64,000 bases of DNA, taken from assembly GCA_963575745.1 (NCBI GenBank), contig CAUYUJ010000126.1, forward strand, positions 62,001-126,000, given 5' to 3'. This document shows positions 1 through 11,000 of the stretch, piece by piece. The position numbers and the translations under genes were made by a program. This stretch comes from Prorocentrum cordatum. Lineage: Eukaryota. The notes beneath the pieces are model-generated. The model did not search any database. It was not told the origin of the DNA and worked only from the letters and a program-made list of their open reading frames with translations. Numbering within the stretch: position 1 is the stretch's first letter; each line of letters opens with the position of its first letter.

Positions 1-94
1 GCTCCAGACGTGGAGGGTGCGCGCCGACGAGACGCACCAGGACATCGAGGAGGAGGTCGAGCAGGAAGGGGATGAGGACGACGAGCAGATAGCT

Positions 95-420
95 CCCGAT
101 CTCGGACGCCTTGGAGTGCTCGAACTGGCGGCTGGAGTTGCGCGTGTCACGCCCACCATCCGAGCTGTGACATCCCCCTGGTGTGTGTCCAGCAACTTCG
201 CGAAGGGGGCCGAGTACGATATCTACGACACCAGGGATCTTGAGAGGCTGTTCCCCAGATTGAGGCGAAGATGGTAGTGGTTTGTTCATCTGACGCCGTC
301 GAGGTCGGATCTCTGTGCCGGGGGATGGCGAAGCTGTGTGGGTCTCTGGGGCTGTCTTTCGTGGTGGTCCTGCTGGAGTTTTCCGACGAGGACTCCTGGG
401 GCGAGCTGGTGGACAAGCCA
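95..420 (+). pseudogene. Degenerate C5-cytosine-methyltransferase-like domain in the element 1 pol
   Basis: VLELAAGVARVT (motif I-like), GAEYDI, W*WFVHLTPS (motif IV-like, PPC lost) and LLEFS..SW (motif VI-like) appear in order, with a stop and a frameshift. Confidence 0.45.
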
Positions 421-689
421 GAGGCTTTCAGCTTCGAGGTGAAGATGGGGGACGTGAAGACCCGCATCGTTACCAACGAGGAGGTGTTCTACAGACTGGC
501 CAGCAGCGAGGACGGGTTGAAGGGTCTACCCGAGGCCGAGTGGACGTTTTTTCGACTACGACCCGCAGTTTCTGATCGAATAGGGGCAGGCTTGTCGGAA
601 GGTGGAGTCAGACTGGGGGCTCGCGACGGCAGGTACGGAGGCGAGGAGAGCGAACGGGATGTTACACGTGGTGAAGGCTCGGGGGCAGG

Positions 690-1035
690 CACTGGCAGCT
701 GGTCGGTCGTGGACCGGCGAGGCGAGGCGGTTTCTCTTATACCCTGGGAAGTGGGACAAGGAGGAGCACAACAACATCCTCGAGCTGCGCACCATCATGG
801 GGCTACTCCGACATGCTTCACGATCAACGAAGATGTGGCGAAAACGGATCTTGGTTTTTCAGCGACCCTCTGGTCTCCATGGGCGTCCTGATGAAAGGGA
901 GGTCGTCGGCAGCAGGGTTACTTCATCTGGCGAGACAGGCAGCCGCGGTGTCGCTTGTCTGTGGCATCAAGCTGGTCCTGCGGTGGGTGGCCTCGGAGGA
1001 CAACATCGCCGATGGCCCGAATCGCGGGCTACCAA
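690..1035 (+). pseudogene. DIRS-type RNase H domain (frameshifted near 855)
   Basis: W..EEHNNILELRT..RILVF[fs]SDPLVSMGVLMKGRSS..LRWVASEDNIADGPNRG, split across ORFs 602..1345 and 813..1124. Confidence 0.85.
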
Positions 1036-1399
1036 TGGGGGCAGCAGAGGCGACCAAGGAGGATCACAAGTGGAGGTACACGCCGAAGAGAGTGCGGGCT
1101 TTGTGGCTTCGAAGTTCTGCTTGATGGTCGAGGAAAATCCAGGTCTGCCTTGGGCGGCCTGGTTCGTGTCGCCATGGCCGTCGACGATCACCCTGGGCAC
1201 CTGCACGGTGGACTTGCTCCCGCGCAGGCAACGGCGAGTGGTGGGGGCGGCGAGCCAGTTTCGCTGGACGAAGCGTCTTTTGTTTGGTCCACTGACACGA
1301 GCAGCAGTTCTTCACGGGCTACGTTATCTTCGAGGTGGATGTTGATCTGGTTCTTTTGTGCTCACCTCGTGGAGGGGGTTCGCCAAACGTCAAGGCCCC

Positions 1400-2540
1400 C
1401 CCCCCCCCTCGCGAAGAAGGGGGCACTCGCCTGGGATAATGCCGAGGGCCAGCACTTGCGGCATAACAATCGGCTCACCATCCACGCGGTGGACGATGTG
1501 ACCAACTTTGGGCTACGAGAAGGCAGTCCGGGAGTTTTTGGTGGATATCAAACGCAATGGCCGACCTTTCTCTACGGTTCATGAAAGAGACCGAGAGCTT
1601 GCATCGCATCTATCAGACATGTGTTACGTCAGGGAGTTGGGCTTTTTCAAGAGGCTCGTACCTAATGAATGGGTTCATGCACATCTTCGACGATCATCGT
1701 AATGTCTTGCTTCTCTCAGCTCGAGCCTTGAAGGCGTGGGAGAGGCAGCAGACTATACATGAAGGTGAACCCATACCGTTCCAAGCCATGGGTTTGATCA
1801 TACAGCAGCTGTGCCGCATGGGCGCGATATTTGAGGCGTGTGCGGCAGTGGTCCAACTAGATGGATTGTCACGTGAACAAGACTGGGCCATTCTCAGACG
1901 TGGTGATATTTGTTTTGATAGTTGTGGCAACGTGGCCCTCACCTTGGGCAACCGTGCTCGCGGAGAGAAGGTCAAGACAGGTTCAGGACAGGGAGTGCAT
2001 ATTGAGTCTACCCTCACCAAGGCGATTTTGATGGAGATGATAAAAGGAGTGAGTTCGGATGAGCAGGTGTTTCCAGTTACTACAGGTAAGTATCGCAGGC
2101 AATGGAATAGAGCGCTGGGGGTTTTGAACATTTCCCACATGGGACCCCCGCATGGGATACGACATGCGGGGGCAGCGCACTATGTTGCTAATAATGGAGA
2201 TCTGGAATGTGCCAGACGACGCGGAAGGTGGAACACCGCATCAGCTTTGCAACGTTACACTAAAACGCATGTGCTAATTCGACGACGGGCGGAGCTTCAG
2301 CAGCAACAGATTTCAGATGGTGAATCTTTCTGGGCCTCACCTGGGAAGGCTATGGCTGCTGCTATACGGTCTTCGCCCGCCGCCGCGCCCCCCTTCGCCG
2401 TGCGCCCCGCGGAGGCCCTCGGGCAGCTGAAGGGGGGCCGCGTGGATTTGGGCGTCGCCTCCAGCCAGGCGGCGAGGGCCGAGGTGGGCCGCCCGTCTTC
2501 TGGAGTGAAAGCCGCGACCCGTCGCAAGGGGTCGAGGTAG
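1400..2540 (+). pseudogene. Tyrosine recombinase of element 1 (N-terminus frameshifted, catalytic domain open; start approximate)
   Basis: LDGLSREQD (R), KVKTG (K), PPHGIRHAGA (HxxR), RGRW and LQRYTK (Y) in ORF 1557..2540. The N-terminal part YEKAVREF lies in another frame. Confidence 0.9.
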
Positions 2541-2736
2541 TTTTCGTGCAGTTCGTGCTGGCCTGTGCGGGGCCCTGCGTCTATCTCAGGGGATAGTATA
2601 GTAAACACCTGAGCCGAGCTTAAGGGGGGGTTCGACTTATGATATATGTTTAGGTTTTGTTTATTCCCCGCCCTCCCTCCCTGGCACTCGCGGCGTTAGG
2701 GCCTGTGCAGGCCAGCAAGGGGCTTTGGGCCTCTAT

Positions 2737-3033
2737 GGGGATAAGCCTCAGTGTTTGTGGTTTTATGATGTTCGCCCCTCGTGCGAGGGGCCCTGCAGGT
2801 CATGCGCCGTGGGCTCTCGGCACTGGGGCATCAGAGATGCCCTCACTGTTGCTTCTGAAGTACTTTGGGGTCTGACGACCCACACTGCCGCTCTGCTGGA
2901 AAATATTGGATATATGTGCGTCCTCGCCTCGATTGTGATCGTCGGTGTCTCTTGTTTTCCTGTATGCTCCCGCTTGTCCGTCGGACCCCCCTTGCTCCTG
3001 GCTCAGGTGGTTCCCCGTGCAGCTGGAGATAAA
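2737..3033 (+). repeat. Element 1 terminal repeat B1 (297 bp)
   Basis: Direct repeat of 3158-3454 (GGGGATAAGCC...GGAGATAAA) with about 10 substitutions by eye. Confidence 0.95.
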
Positions 3034-3157
3034 TACATGTTTTCTAAAACGCACTTTTATCTAGCTAGTACCCCCCTACCTGGGCCGTCCCCTTTGCTCC
3101 CTCTCTCTCTCTCTCTCTCGTGCTGAAGTTTCGGCCCCACCCACCCCCCCTGGTGGG

Positions 3158-3454
3158 GGGGATAAGCCTCAGTGTTTGTGGTTTTATGATGTTCGCCCCT
3201 CGTGCGAGGGGCCCTGCAGGTCATGCACCGAGGGCTCTCGGCACTGGGGCATCAGAGATGCCCTCACTGTTGCTTCTGAAGTACTTTGGGGTCTGACGAC
3301 CCACACTGCTGCTCTGCTGGAAAATATTGGATTTGTGTGCGTCCTTGCCTCGATTGTGATCGTCGGTGTCTTTTGTTTTCCTGTAGGCTCCCGCCTGTCC
3401 GTCGGACCCCCCTTGCTCCTGGCTCAGGTGGTTCCCCGTACAGCTGGAGATAAA
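3158..3454 (+). repeat. Element 1 terminal repeat B2 (3' end)
   Basis: Copy of 2737-3033, offset 421 bp. Confidence 0.95.
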
Positions 3455-4956
3455 GGAACCATTTGGAGTGGACTTCGCGGGTGTCGCGCAGTGTCGGCGC
3501 AGCGGCGACCCCTGCGCGCGCGCGTGCAGGGGTTGAGCGCCGCCAGTGGCCGAGAATCGGGCGATAACGAGCGAGTTGCGTGCATCAGAATGCCGCGGTC
3601 CCAGGCCTCCGGGCGGAATGATTTTCTCAACCTTGTTTTTTCTCTCCTGGATCTCGGTGTCGGGGGCCAAAGCGTCGGGGGCAAGTTTTTGTTGTTAGGC
3701 CCCAGGACCTTCACACATGCATCCAGGATGAACGCATGTCCCAAGGGAAGGGCCAGAACCTCTAGCGCCCGCGGATCGAAACACGAGGATAATGAACAAC
3801 ACTTGGTGTGATGTTTGGGTCGCCCAAGGTCGGCGGCGAGCAATGGGGGACTGAGAAGGAGAAGGTCTTCCCAGAAGGCTTCTCTGGAGACCTTGCGCCT
3901 TCAGAGGAGTTTTTTTTCGTCCTCGGGGAAGGCTTAGAGGCTTAGAAAGCTTTTCGGAAGGCCGGGGGGCTTCCGAACCTTCTGAGAGGGCCTTCTCCTC
4001 CTAACTTCACCCCCCTCGCTCGCCGCCGACAAGGGGGAGCAGCACGCGTACTCGTTCTCTCGAGTGCTTCTAGTAGCTGGGCGACAACCCGGGCGTACAT
4101 GCAGTGCACCCCCACCCTCTGGGCCACCCGACCAGCGAACGTCCGCCCCTGCCTCCCCTCCCCGCCCTCTGGGGCCCTCGAGGCTCGAGCGTCGAGGCAT
4201 CGGACACTTCTGAGGAGGAGGAGGAGGAGGAGGAGGAGGAGGAGGAGGAGGAGGAAGAGGAGGAGGAGGAGGATTAGGAGGAGGAGGGGGAGGGGGAGGG
4301 GGAGGGGTGGGAAAAGGGAGGAGGGGGGGAGGGAGCATGAGGATGGGCCAGAAGATGGGAGGGGAAGGCGGGAGAATGGTCGGCGTTGGCAGCCTGTCTG
4401 CGGCCGCGCGCGCAGGCGCCCGCGGCAAGCGCCGGGGCCCTCGCGAGCAGCCCGGAGGCTCCTCCGTGGGTCAGGTCCTTGGCAGGGCTTGTGGCAGGAA
4501 ACAGGCTGCACGTGACGTGGCCGGCCTGGGCCGGGGCTCTGTGCGCACAAGTCTGCGCGTGCGAACCCCTTGTCCAGATCGGTCGCAGCGGGCACGGTTC
4601 GCCCCCGGTCGGCAAACGAAGCTGTGCCACCGCAGGGCAAAGTGCCCCTACGTAGTCGAACACAACACCTGCACGCGTGGCCGCTTGTCTTTCCAGCGTT
4701 CGGCCCGCGTGCTGCTGGGGACGCCGTCCCTCCGCGCGTGTATCCAGCACGTGGATGCCCCATGGCAGACGGATCCGGTCACGCAGGTGTGCTTCCAGCT
4801 TCCGGGTAAGGAGCGTCGCGCAGGTGGCGCCCAGAGAGCTGGTCCAGTGCTGGCCTCGGCAGGCTCCCAGCGCAGCCCAGCGTTGTCTCAGCACACCCTT
4901 GCCCTCTCTTGCGGCGGGGGGAGTGGGAGGGGGAGGGGGAGGGGGAGGGAGAAGGG

Positions 4957-5182
4957 GAGGAGGAGGAGGAGGAGGAGGAGGAGGAGGAGGAGGAGGAGGA
5001 GGAGGAGGAGGAGAAGACGAGGAGGAGGAGGAGGAGGGCGAGAAGCAGGAGGAGGAGAAGACGAGGAGGAGGAGGAGGAGGAGGAGGAGGAGGAGGAGGA
5101 GGAGGAGGAGAAGGGGGAGGAGGAGGAGGAGGAGGAGGAGGAGGAGGAGGAGGAGGAGGAGGAGGAGGAGGAGGAGGAGGAG
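4957..5182. repeat. (GGA)n microsatellite; similar GGA/TCC tracts at ~4213, 18545, 19657, 23040-23680, 24955, 26401, 39077, 42058, 44558, 46639, 50418, 52634 and 54652
   Basis: Pure or near-pure trinucleotide runs. Confidence 0.97.
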
Positions 5183-5379
5183 GGCGAGGATGGGGTAGTG
5201 CTGGGACCGCGCCAGGCCAGGGCACGGCTGTGTCGTGCCGACGCGGCAGCGGCCCCAGCGTGGGCGTTCAAGGTCGAACGCCGCGGTTGTCCCCCAGAAT
5301 CGTCCAATACGGCATGGTCTGGCGACCGGACAACCGCTGATGATTCAGCTTGAGCGGTCCACGCGGTGTCAGAAACTGG

Positions 5380-5602
5380 CACGTTTAAGTGAGAAGGTGC
5401 CTGGCAGAAACCAAACAGTGAGCGCCCAAGACGGCGCAGCGAGCACAAGCACTGTTCGGGCTCAACAAAAACTACATACTGGCTGCGGAGGCAAGCGCGC
5501 GCGTTTTGGCAGCCGCAGGCTCACGCGCGCCGTCCTCCTCCTCACTCATGCCAGGCCTCGGCAGAGGCCCAGCTGTGCCGCCGGACTGGCGGCCCCACGG
5601 CC
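5380..5602 (-). repeat. Element 2 repeat B2 (3' terminus)
   Basis: Direct repeat of 5805-6027, offset 425 bp, about 5 mismatches. Confidence 0.95.
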
Positions 5603-5670
5603 CGAACCGCTATGCGGTCAAGGCCGAAAGAGAAAAGGACCTACGAAGGGCCAGGGAGGGCCAGGGAGGG

Positions 5671-5807
5671 AAGGGCCCGAGGAGAGACTTGAGCCCCAAA
5701 GGGGCCGCGGAGAGGGGGAAAGGGACAGAAAGCAGGAGAGGACCCTTTCCCCTCACCAGGCACTTACTCCCTGAAACCTTACGTTTTACGCACGCTCAAA
5801 CTCTCAC
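5671..5807 (-). repeat. Element 2 repeat A2 (137 bp)
   Basis: Identical by eye to 17341-17477. Confidence 0.96.
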
Positions 5808-6027
5808 GTTTCAGTGAGAAGGTGCCTGGCAGAAACCAAACAGTGAGCGCCCAAGACGGCGCAGCGAGCACAAGCACTGTTCGGGCTCAACAAAAAACAC
5901 ATACTGGCTGCGGAGGCAAGCGCGCGCGTTTTGGCAGCCGCAGGCTCACGCGCGCCGTCCTCCTCCTCGCTCATGCCAGGCCTCGGAAGAGGCCCAGCTG
6001 TGCCGCCGGACTGGCGGCCCCACGGCC
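5805..6027 (-). repeat. Element 2 repeat B1
   Basis: Copy of 5380-5602, abutting A2. Confidence 0.95.
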
Positions 6028-6451
6028 ACCCAGCTCCTCACACCCCCTCGGCGCCCGTGACTTGCGGGTAGTGCCGAACGGGGCTCGCAGCTGGGCGCCA
6101 CACACTGCACAGCGCGTGACTTTCTTCACCTCTCCTCAGCGGCCGGCGCTGGCGAGACGCCCGCCAGCCTCCTCCAACTCTCCTCGGGGACTGGCGGGAC
6201 GCCCCGGCCTCCTCCACCTCTCCTCGGGGACCGCGCTGGCGGGACGCCCCGGCCCTCGAACTCCTCACCTCCGCCGCTCCTGACGGCCACCGCTGCCCCC
6301 AGGCCACTGCCCCCCGGACTGCGCGCAATCCAGCACTGGCCTCCTCAGCGATGCCGCATCACGGCGCGAAACTTCAGGCCTCACTTCGCTGGACCTCGGA
6401 CGGTCCAGTCCCCATCTTGACCCAGCGGGTCAGGACTCCAGCCACCTCACC

Positions 6452-7541
6452 TCAGGAAGCCACCTTCCCCTTCACTTCTGCCGCCATACCTTCTCCAGCC
6501 GCCGACGCCTTGTATCCCACGTGCAAGGTTGCGACGGACTTCGCCATCGCCTCCGACACGCCGGCTGCATCCTCATTTGCCTCCCACAAGTACTGGTGAA
6601 AGGCATCACTATTCCACCGCCCCCAACGCTTCACCAGCTCGGTGTCCTGGAAACAGTGGTACAGGGCGGTCGCTCCGCCAATGCGGAGCGAGTGGCTCTT
6701 GAACCTGTCCGGCGGGTAGCCCTCCAGCGCTGCCGCCTTCTGGAGCAAGCCCTGGATGCGCTCCCGCGTGATCGGGCTGCCGTCCGCCCACCTCGCAAGC
6801 GGCAGGTGCGCCTCTTTGCCCGAGATGCGGCTCGGGAACAAGCGGTTGTAGCACTCCGCCGCCCACACTGGGCATATGCCGATCGGGTCGTTCGAACGGT
6901 AGTGGTTCCTAGCCTGCCCTGCTCCCTTCTGGTCGGCCTTCGACGACTTGAACCACAGCACCACCTCGTCCGCCGCGGCGAAGTGGCTCACCTGCTCACC
7001 CTTGCACTTCGAGGCAATGTCCAGTCCAGTCAGGACCTTCTTCAAGTCCCAGTGCCCCGAGTGAGCATACTCCCCGATCCGCATCATGAAGAAGAAGGCG
7101 AAGATCACGCAGAGGTACAGGGCCGCGTCGTCCGCGCAGGTATCCGGCTTCAGCAAGTCTCGGATCCTCCTCAACATCTTGGTCGTGACCGGAAGCTTTC
7201 TCCTCCCTGGGCCCTGCCAGTTCTCGATCCCGTTCAGCGCCATCCACAGCCGCGGCTTCCCCGCCAAGGGGTCGGGCTCCCCCAACATCACATGTTGCGA
7301 ACGAATCCCCAGCAACTTTGACTGTATCGTACCGTGCGACTGCTTCAGGCTGTTGTAAAGGTGCACCATGAACAGCAGTACGTAGCTCCTCCTCGTCCTG
7401 GTGGCGCTCCTCGCGCGTCTCACCGTGCAGTATGGGCGACCTCCGGCGGATCCGACAGAAAGTCGTCCACTGCCTCCAAGCTACGCCGTAGGTCGCCCTT
7501 GTCCCCTTGGCCACCGAAGCCACCACTGCTGCGTCCACCAA
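6452..7541 (-). pseudogene. Tyrosine recombinase of element 2 (one frameshift near 7385; catalytic domain intact)
   Basis: N-terminus GTRATYGVAWRQWTTFC, then FFFMMRIGEY (R), SKADQ (K), ICPV, FKSHSLRIGGAT (HxxR) and RWGRWNSDAFHQY (W, Y). Confidence 0.95.
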
Positions 7542-9396
7542 CTTCTGGAGCTCTGGCGCGTAACCAGCATCGGCACGCCCGCCAGCACGCCTGGAGTCCT
7601 CCCATGAGCTGTCGCTCTAGTCCTTCACTGCCCTGGCTGCTGCCCGCTGCCGCCGCCAGGTACCGGCTCACCGCCTCCGGGTCGATGTCCTCGGGCGGCC
7701 CAGCATCCGGTGCCTCACGCAGCACCACCTCCTCACGATCACGTTCTTCTCCTCCCTCTCGCCGGTAGGCCGCGCGGCGCGGCGTGCGAGGGCGCCCGCC
7801 CGGTTGGCCCTCCGTGGGGCCGCGGGCGGTCCGCGCCACCGCCCTCGGCGGCGTCCTCTCCTCCTCCTCACGGCGCTCCTCCAGGCTTCGGTCGGGCGCC
7901 CGCGCGCGCGCACGCATCCGGCCCGCCTGGGCCGCAGCCGCGGCCGCGCTCTCTGCCTCGGCTGCCCTCTGTGCTGCCAGCGACCGGTCCCGCGCCATCG
8001 AAATGGGGTAGGTCCTGTTGCACATCGGGCAGCCCATGTCTCGACCCTCGCCCTGCACGCCGCAGTACTCACACCACGCGTAGCGGGCGTCTGGGCCGCC
8101 ACCTGGGAAGGGCACTGGCCGAAGCTCGTCAGCCTCCTCCCCTGCGCCTTCAGTATCCTCCTCCGAGTAGGATTCTGGTGAATTGAGGTCCCTCACGTCC
8201 TCGGCCGCACGCGCGGGTCCGCCTGGCCTGAGCGGGTCCTGCTCCGCCCAGTGGCCGGGGGGCTGCGGCAGCCTCGCCGGTCCGCCAGACCCGCTCAAAC
8301 CCCCAGTGGGTGGTGCCCAATCTCCCGGTTGGGGGAGAGGCTCGCGGTCGGGCCGGCCCTCCGGCTGCGGGAGTGGCTCTCGGCCAGGCCGAGAGTGGGC
8401 GGCTGGCGTCTCCGCCCTGGCGGCCCGTCCCTTAGGGCAGCCCTCCTCCTCGGGAGCGGACCAGAGCCCTGTCCTCTGGAAATCCACCCGCCGGGCCAGC
8501 GCACGGTAGGTCTGGCCGACCGCCCGTGTGACCTCCGTCGGGGGCTCTTCCTCCGAACCCTCCTCCTGCTTGACCTCGGCTGGTGCAGGTGGGGTCCTCG
8601 CCCTGAGGCGGATATACTCCGCTTGTCCCTCGCCCGAGCGCCTGGCTGCGTTCTTGAGCCGGTCCGCCTCCGCCTTCCTCTGCCGGGCGGCCGCCCGCTC
8701 CGCACGCGCCCGCCGGACGAGCTCTCCCGGTGACGGGGGGGGGCACTCCTCGCTCAGGCTTCCGCGACTGCCGCTCTCCTCACCACGCTCCTCCACGGCC
8801 CCGAGCTCCGGCTCCGGGGGGGGGGCGGCTAGCGCGGCGGCAGCTAGCACCTGGGCGGCGGCCTCCGCGACTTTTTGCTTGCGCCTCTTACCAGCCGCCG
8901 CGGTCACCGGCGGCCCGCCTCCTTCTGGGGGTGGCTGGCCGTGAGGCGTCTTCTCGCAGGGCTTGAAATGCTTCGCGCCTCCCTCTGCCCAGTCAGCTCC
9001 CTCCGACCGCCCCGCGCACTTGTTGCAGCAGAACCCTGGCCGCCACAGCGGCCCGCCATCAACCGCGGTCGCGGGTTGGGAGTGCTCCAGGTAGGGGCAC
9101 CCTGGGAGCAAGCACGGGCGCAAAGCGTCCCTCGCCTCTGGGGGGGGTGGGGCCTGGTCCGCACCGCTGGCGCCACCTCCCATTCCCTCAGCACCCTCAC
9201 GTCTCCCTGTTGGCGTCCAGTCGCCCCAGTTCTCATCTTCAGACCCTCCCGCGTGTCGGCTCCTGCCAAGCGGTGGGTCTCCTCCTGCTCCCGCCAGCCC
9301 GCCCGGCGCGCCCTCGCCGCGTGGCCCCTCGAGCCGCAGACCCGCCCGTGCGGCGCGCGCGGTGCTTTCACCACCCCGGGCTGCTGCTCCTCCCAA
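7420..9396 (-). CDS. Low-complexity accessory ORF or pol extension with Cys/His clusters, function unknown
   Basis: 658 aa open frame between RNase H and YR, containing CLLPGCPYLEH..FCCNKC..HFKPC and WCEYC..GCPMC. Confidence 0.55.
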   Translation of the reverse strand: MGGAAARGGESTARAARAGLRLEGPRGEGAPGGLAGAGGDPPLGRSRHAGGSEDENWGDWTPTGRREGAEGMGGGASGADQAPPPPEARDALRPCLLPGCPYLEHSQPATAVDGGPLWRPGFCCNKCAGRSEGADWAEGGAKHFKPCEKTPHGQPPPEGGGPPVTAAAGKRRKQKVAEAAAQVLAAAALAAPPPEPELGAVEERGEESGSRGSLSEECPPPSPGELVRRARAERAAARQRKAEADRLKNAARRSGEGQAEYIRLRARTPPAPAEVKQEEGSEEEPPTEVTRAVGQTYRALARRVDFQRTGLWSAPEEEGCPKGRAARAETPAAHSRPGREPLPQPEGRPDREPLPQPGDWAPPTGGLSGSGGPARLPQPPGHWAEQDPLRPGGPARAAEDVRDLNSPESYSEEDTEGAGEEADELRPVPFPGGGPDARYAWCEYCGVQGEGRDMGCPMCNRTYPISMARDRSLAAQRAAEAESAAAAAAQAGRMRARARAPDRSLEERREEEERTPPRAVARTARGPTEGQPGGRPRTPRRAAYRREGGEERDREEVVLREAPDAGPPEDIDPEAVSRYLAAAAGSSQGSEGLERQLMGGLQACWRACRCWLRARAPEVGGRSSGGFGGQGDKGDLRRSLEAVDDFLSDPPEVAHTAR

Positions 9397-9699
9397 ATGG
9401 GGGGCAGGCGGCCGCCCGGCGCCGCCTTGGGCGGGGGTTGCCTCGATGGTGGCTCCTCCAGCCGCGGTGGGCCCGGGGGGGGAGCCGTGGGCGGGGTGGG
9501 CCTTCCCGGCAGCATGCCGCCGTGCCGCTCACCCCTCCTCGCAGCCTCCTGCCGGCGCCTCTCGTCAGCCTGGTGCCAGCTCGTGAGCTCCCGTCTCCTC
9601 TCCTCATCCTCTGGCCGGCGGCAGATGCCCACCGTCCTCCCTCCTGTCTCGGTGGCTACCTCCGCTCGCCTGAGTGCGGCGGTTAGCGCCGCCGCGCTC

Positions 9700-10260
9700 T
9701 CGTCGGCCCTGGTGATCATGTCCGCCATCTCGTTGCTGTACATCCCGCTGTACGGTGCCGCCAGGACGCGGCAAGGGTACTTGGCCTCCACATAGTTGAG
9801 CAATCTCGCCAGGTGCCTCGCCATACGGTTCTTCGGGCGGCGGGTCTCCACCCACCTCTGGACCATCTGGTTGTCCCCCACGTAGATGATCAGCCGCTCT
9901 CGCCAGGCTTGCCCACGGGCGACCGCGAACCCCACGATGCAGAACCGCTCCCCGAGCGCTAGGATGACCCACTCCTCGGGCACATCGGCGGCCGTCTTCA
10001 ACGCCTCTATGTGGCCCGCCAACTCCTGCCTCGCGTAGACCTTGGCCGCCCCATCGATCTGCCCCGCCACCTCCAGGGTCGAGTCGCCCCCAGCCCACAC
10101 CACTCGCTCCACGGTGCCCGGGATGGCCAAACGCTCCCGCGGCTCGAGCATGCCCGCGAACGGGGTGAGAAAAGTGGCGCCCCACGTCTTCGGCCGCGCG
10201 ACCATCACCCGTAGCAGGTCGCAACCGTCCCAGGACTCCTGCCAAGCGACCTCCTGCTCC
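9700..10260 (-). pseudogene. DIRS-type RNase H of element 2
   Basis: WAGGDST (D), ILALGE (E), IIYVGDNQMV (D) and SNEMADMITR (D) within ORF 8904..10658. Confidence 0.85.
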
Positions 10261-10402
10261 TTCACACCTCCTTTCGGCGCCGCCCGTGCGGTGGGCCCGC
10301 TTGGCTGGCACATCAGGGCGTCCAGCGCCCCCAGCTCCGTGCCCAGCGCCTGGTTGACCGCCGCGGAGTGCGTCCCCCACCCGCGGAGCCGCGGCACCGT
10401 CT

Positions 10403-11000
10403 TCAGCTGCACCCCTCGCTGCCCCGGCTCAAGCTCCGCCTCCCGAAGGAGAGATAGCTCATCTCCTGGCTCTTTGGTTCCGGGAGCGTCGCACGGTCCT
10501 CCACGCGGCCCTCGGAGTCCTCCGACGACTGGAAGAACAGGCCCCAGATGAGCTTCTCGGTGCGGAACTCGCCTTCCTCCGCTAGCTTCTCCAGGTTGGC
10601 CGAGCTGTCGCCGAGGAGCAGCTTTGACATGGCGTCGAACATCCAGGCAGGAAGCCACAGCCTCGCACCCAGGGCCGGCTCCACCAGCACCCCGTCGTCG
10701 ACCAGAGCCTCGGACGAGTACGCGACTTCATCGTGGAGCTCCTCTGCCGGTGGACGATGGGCTCGGTGGGCGTCCTGCACGCCACGTCCCCACACTGCCC
10801 GCTCGCCTGGTGCACCTGTCCACCCGAACACCATCGTGAGGTAGGGGACGTGCGGCTTGGCCCTGACCCTCGTGATCTCACCATCATGCCTGACCTCCAC
10901 CTCATTCGTCGCAACCCGCCTCAGGTACTCCAGGAGCTCTGGCTCCACCTTCCCCTCCGGGTAGCCGTCGTGCACGCCCTTGAGGTGGTCCCCGTCCTGC
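10403..11000 (-). pseudogene. Reverse transcriptase of element 2, N-terminal palm apparently deleted
   Basis: YLTMVFGWTGAPGE (motif B-like), ALVDDGVLVE (YxDD-like) and NLEK..EKLIWGL are present. No motif A is seen between RVRAKPH and VPYLTM. Confidence 0.8.

Larger units (their letters stand above)
1..3454 (+). mobile_element. Tyrosine-recombinase retrotransposon 1 (DIRS order, split-direct-repeat type), 3' part; 5' end lies outside the window
   Basis: RNase H motifs are followed by a YR ORF and then a B1-spacer-B2 terminal repeat structure (2737-3033 / 3158-3454). Confidence 0.88.

Noticed and set aside
2657..3811. Hydrophobic ORFs 2725..3126 and 3176..3811
   Set aside because: They lie in the terminal repeats of element 1 and show no motif support.
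5283..5337. 10 bp inverted repeat GCGGTTGTCC/GGACAACCGC next to the element 2 end
   Set aside because: It is a single short stem outside the element and is compatible with chance in GC-rich DNA.
6452..7541. Phage integrase or prophage interpretation of the YR genes
   Set aside because: They are linked to RT/RNase H and split direct repeats, and no phage genes are present.
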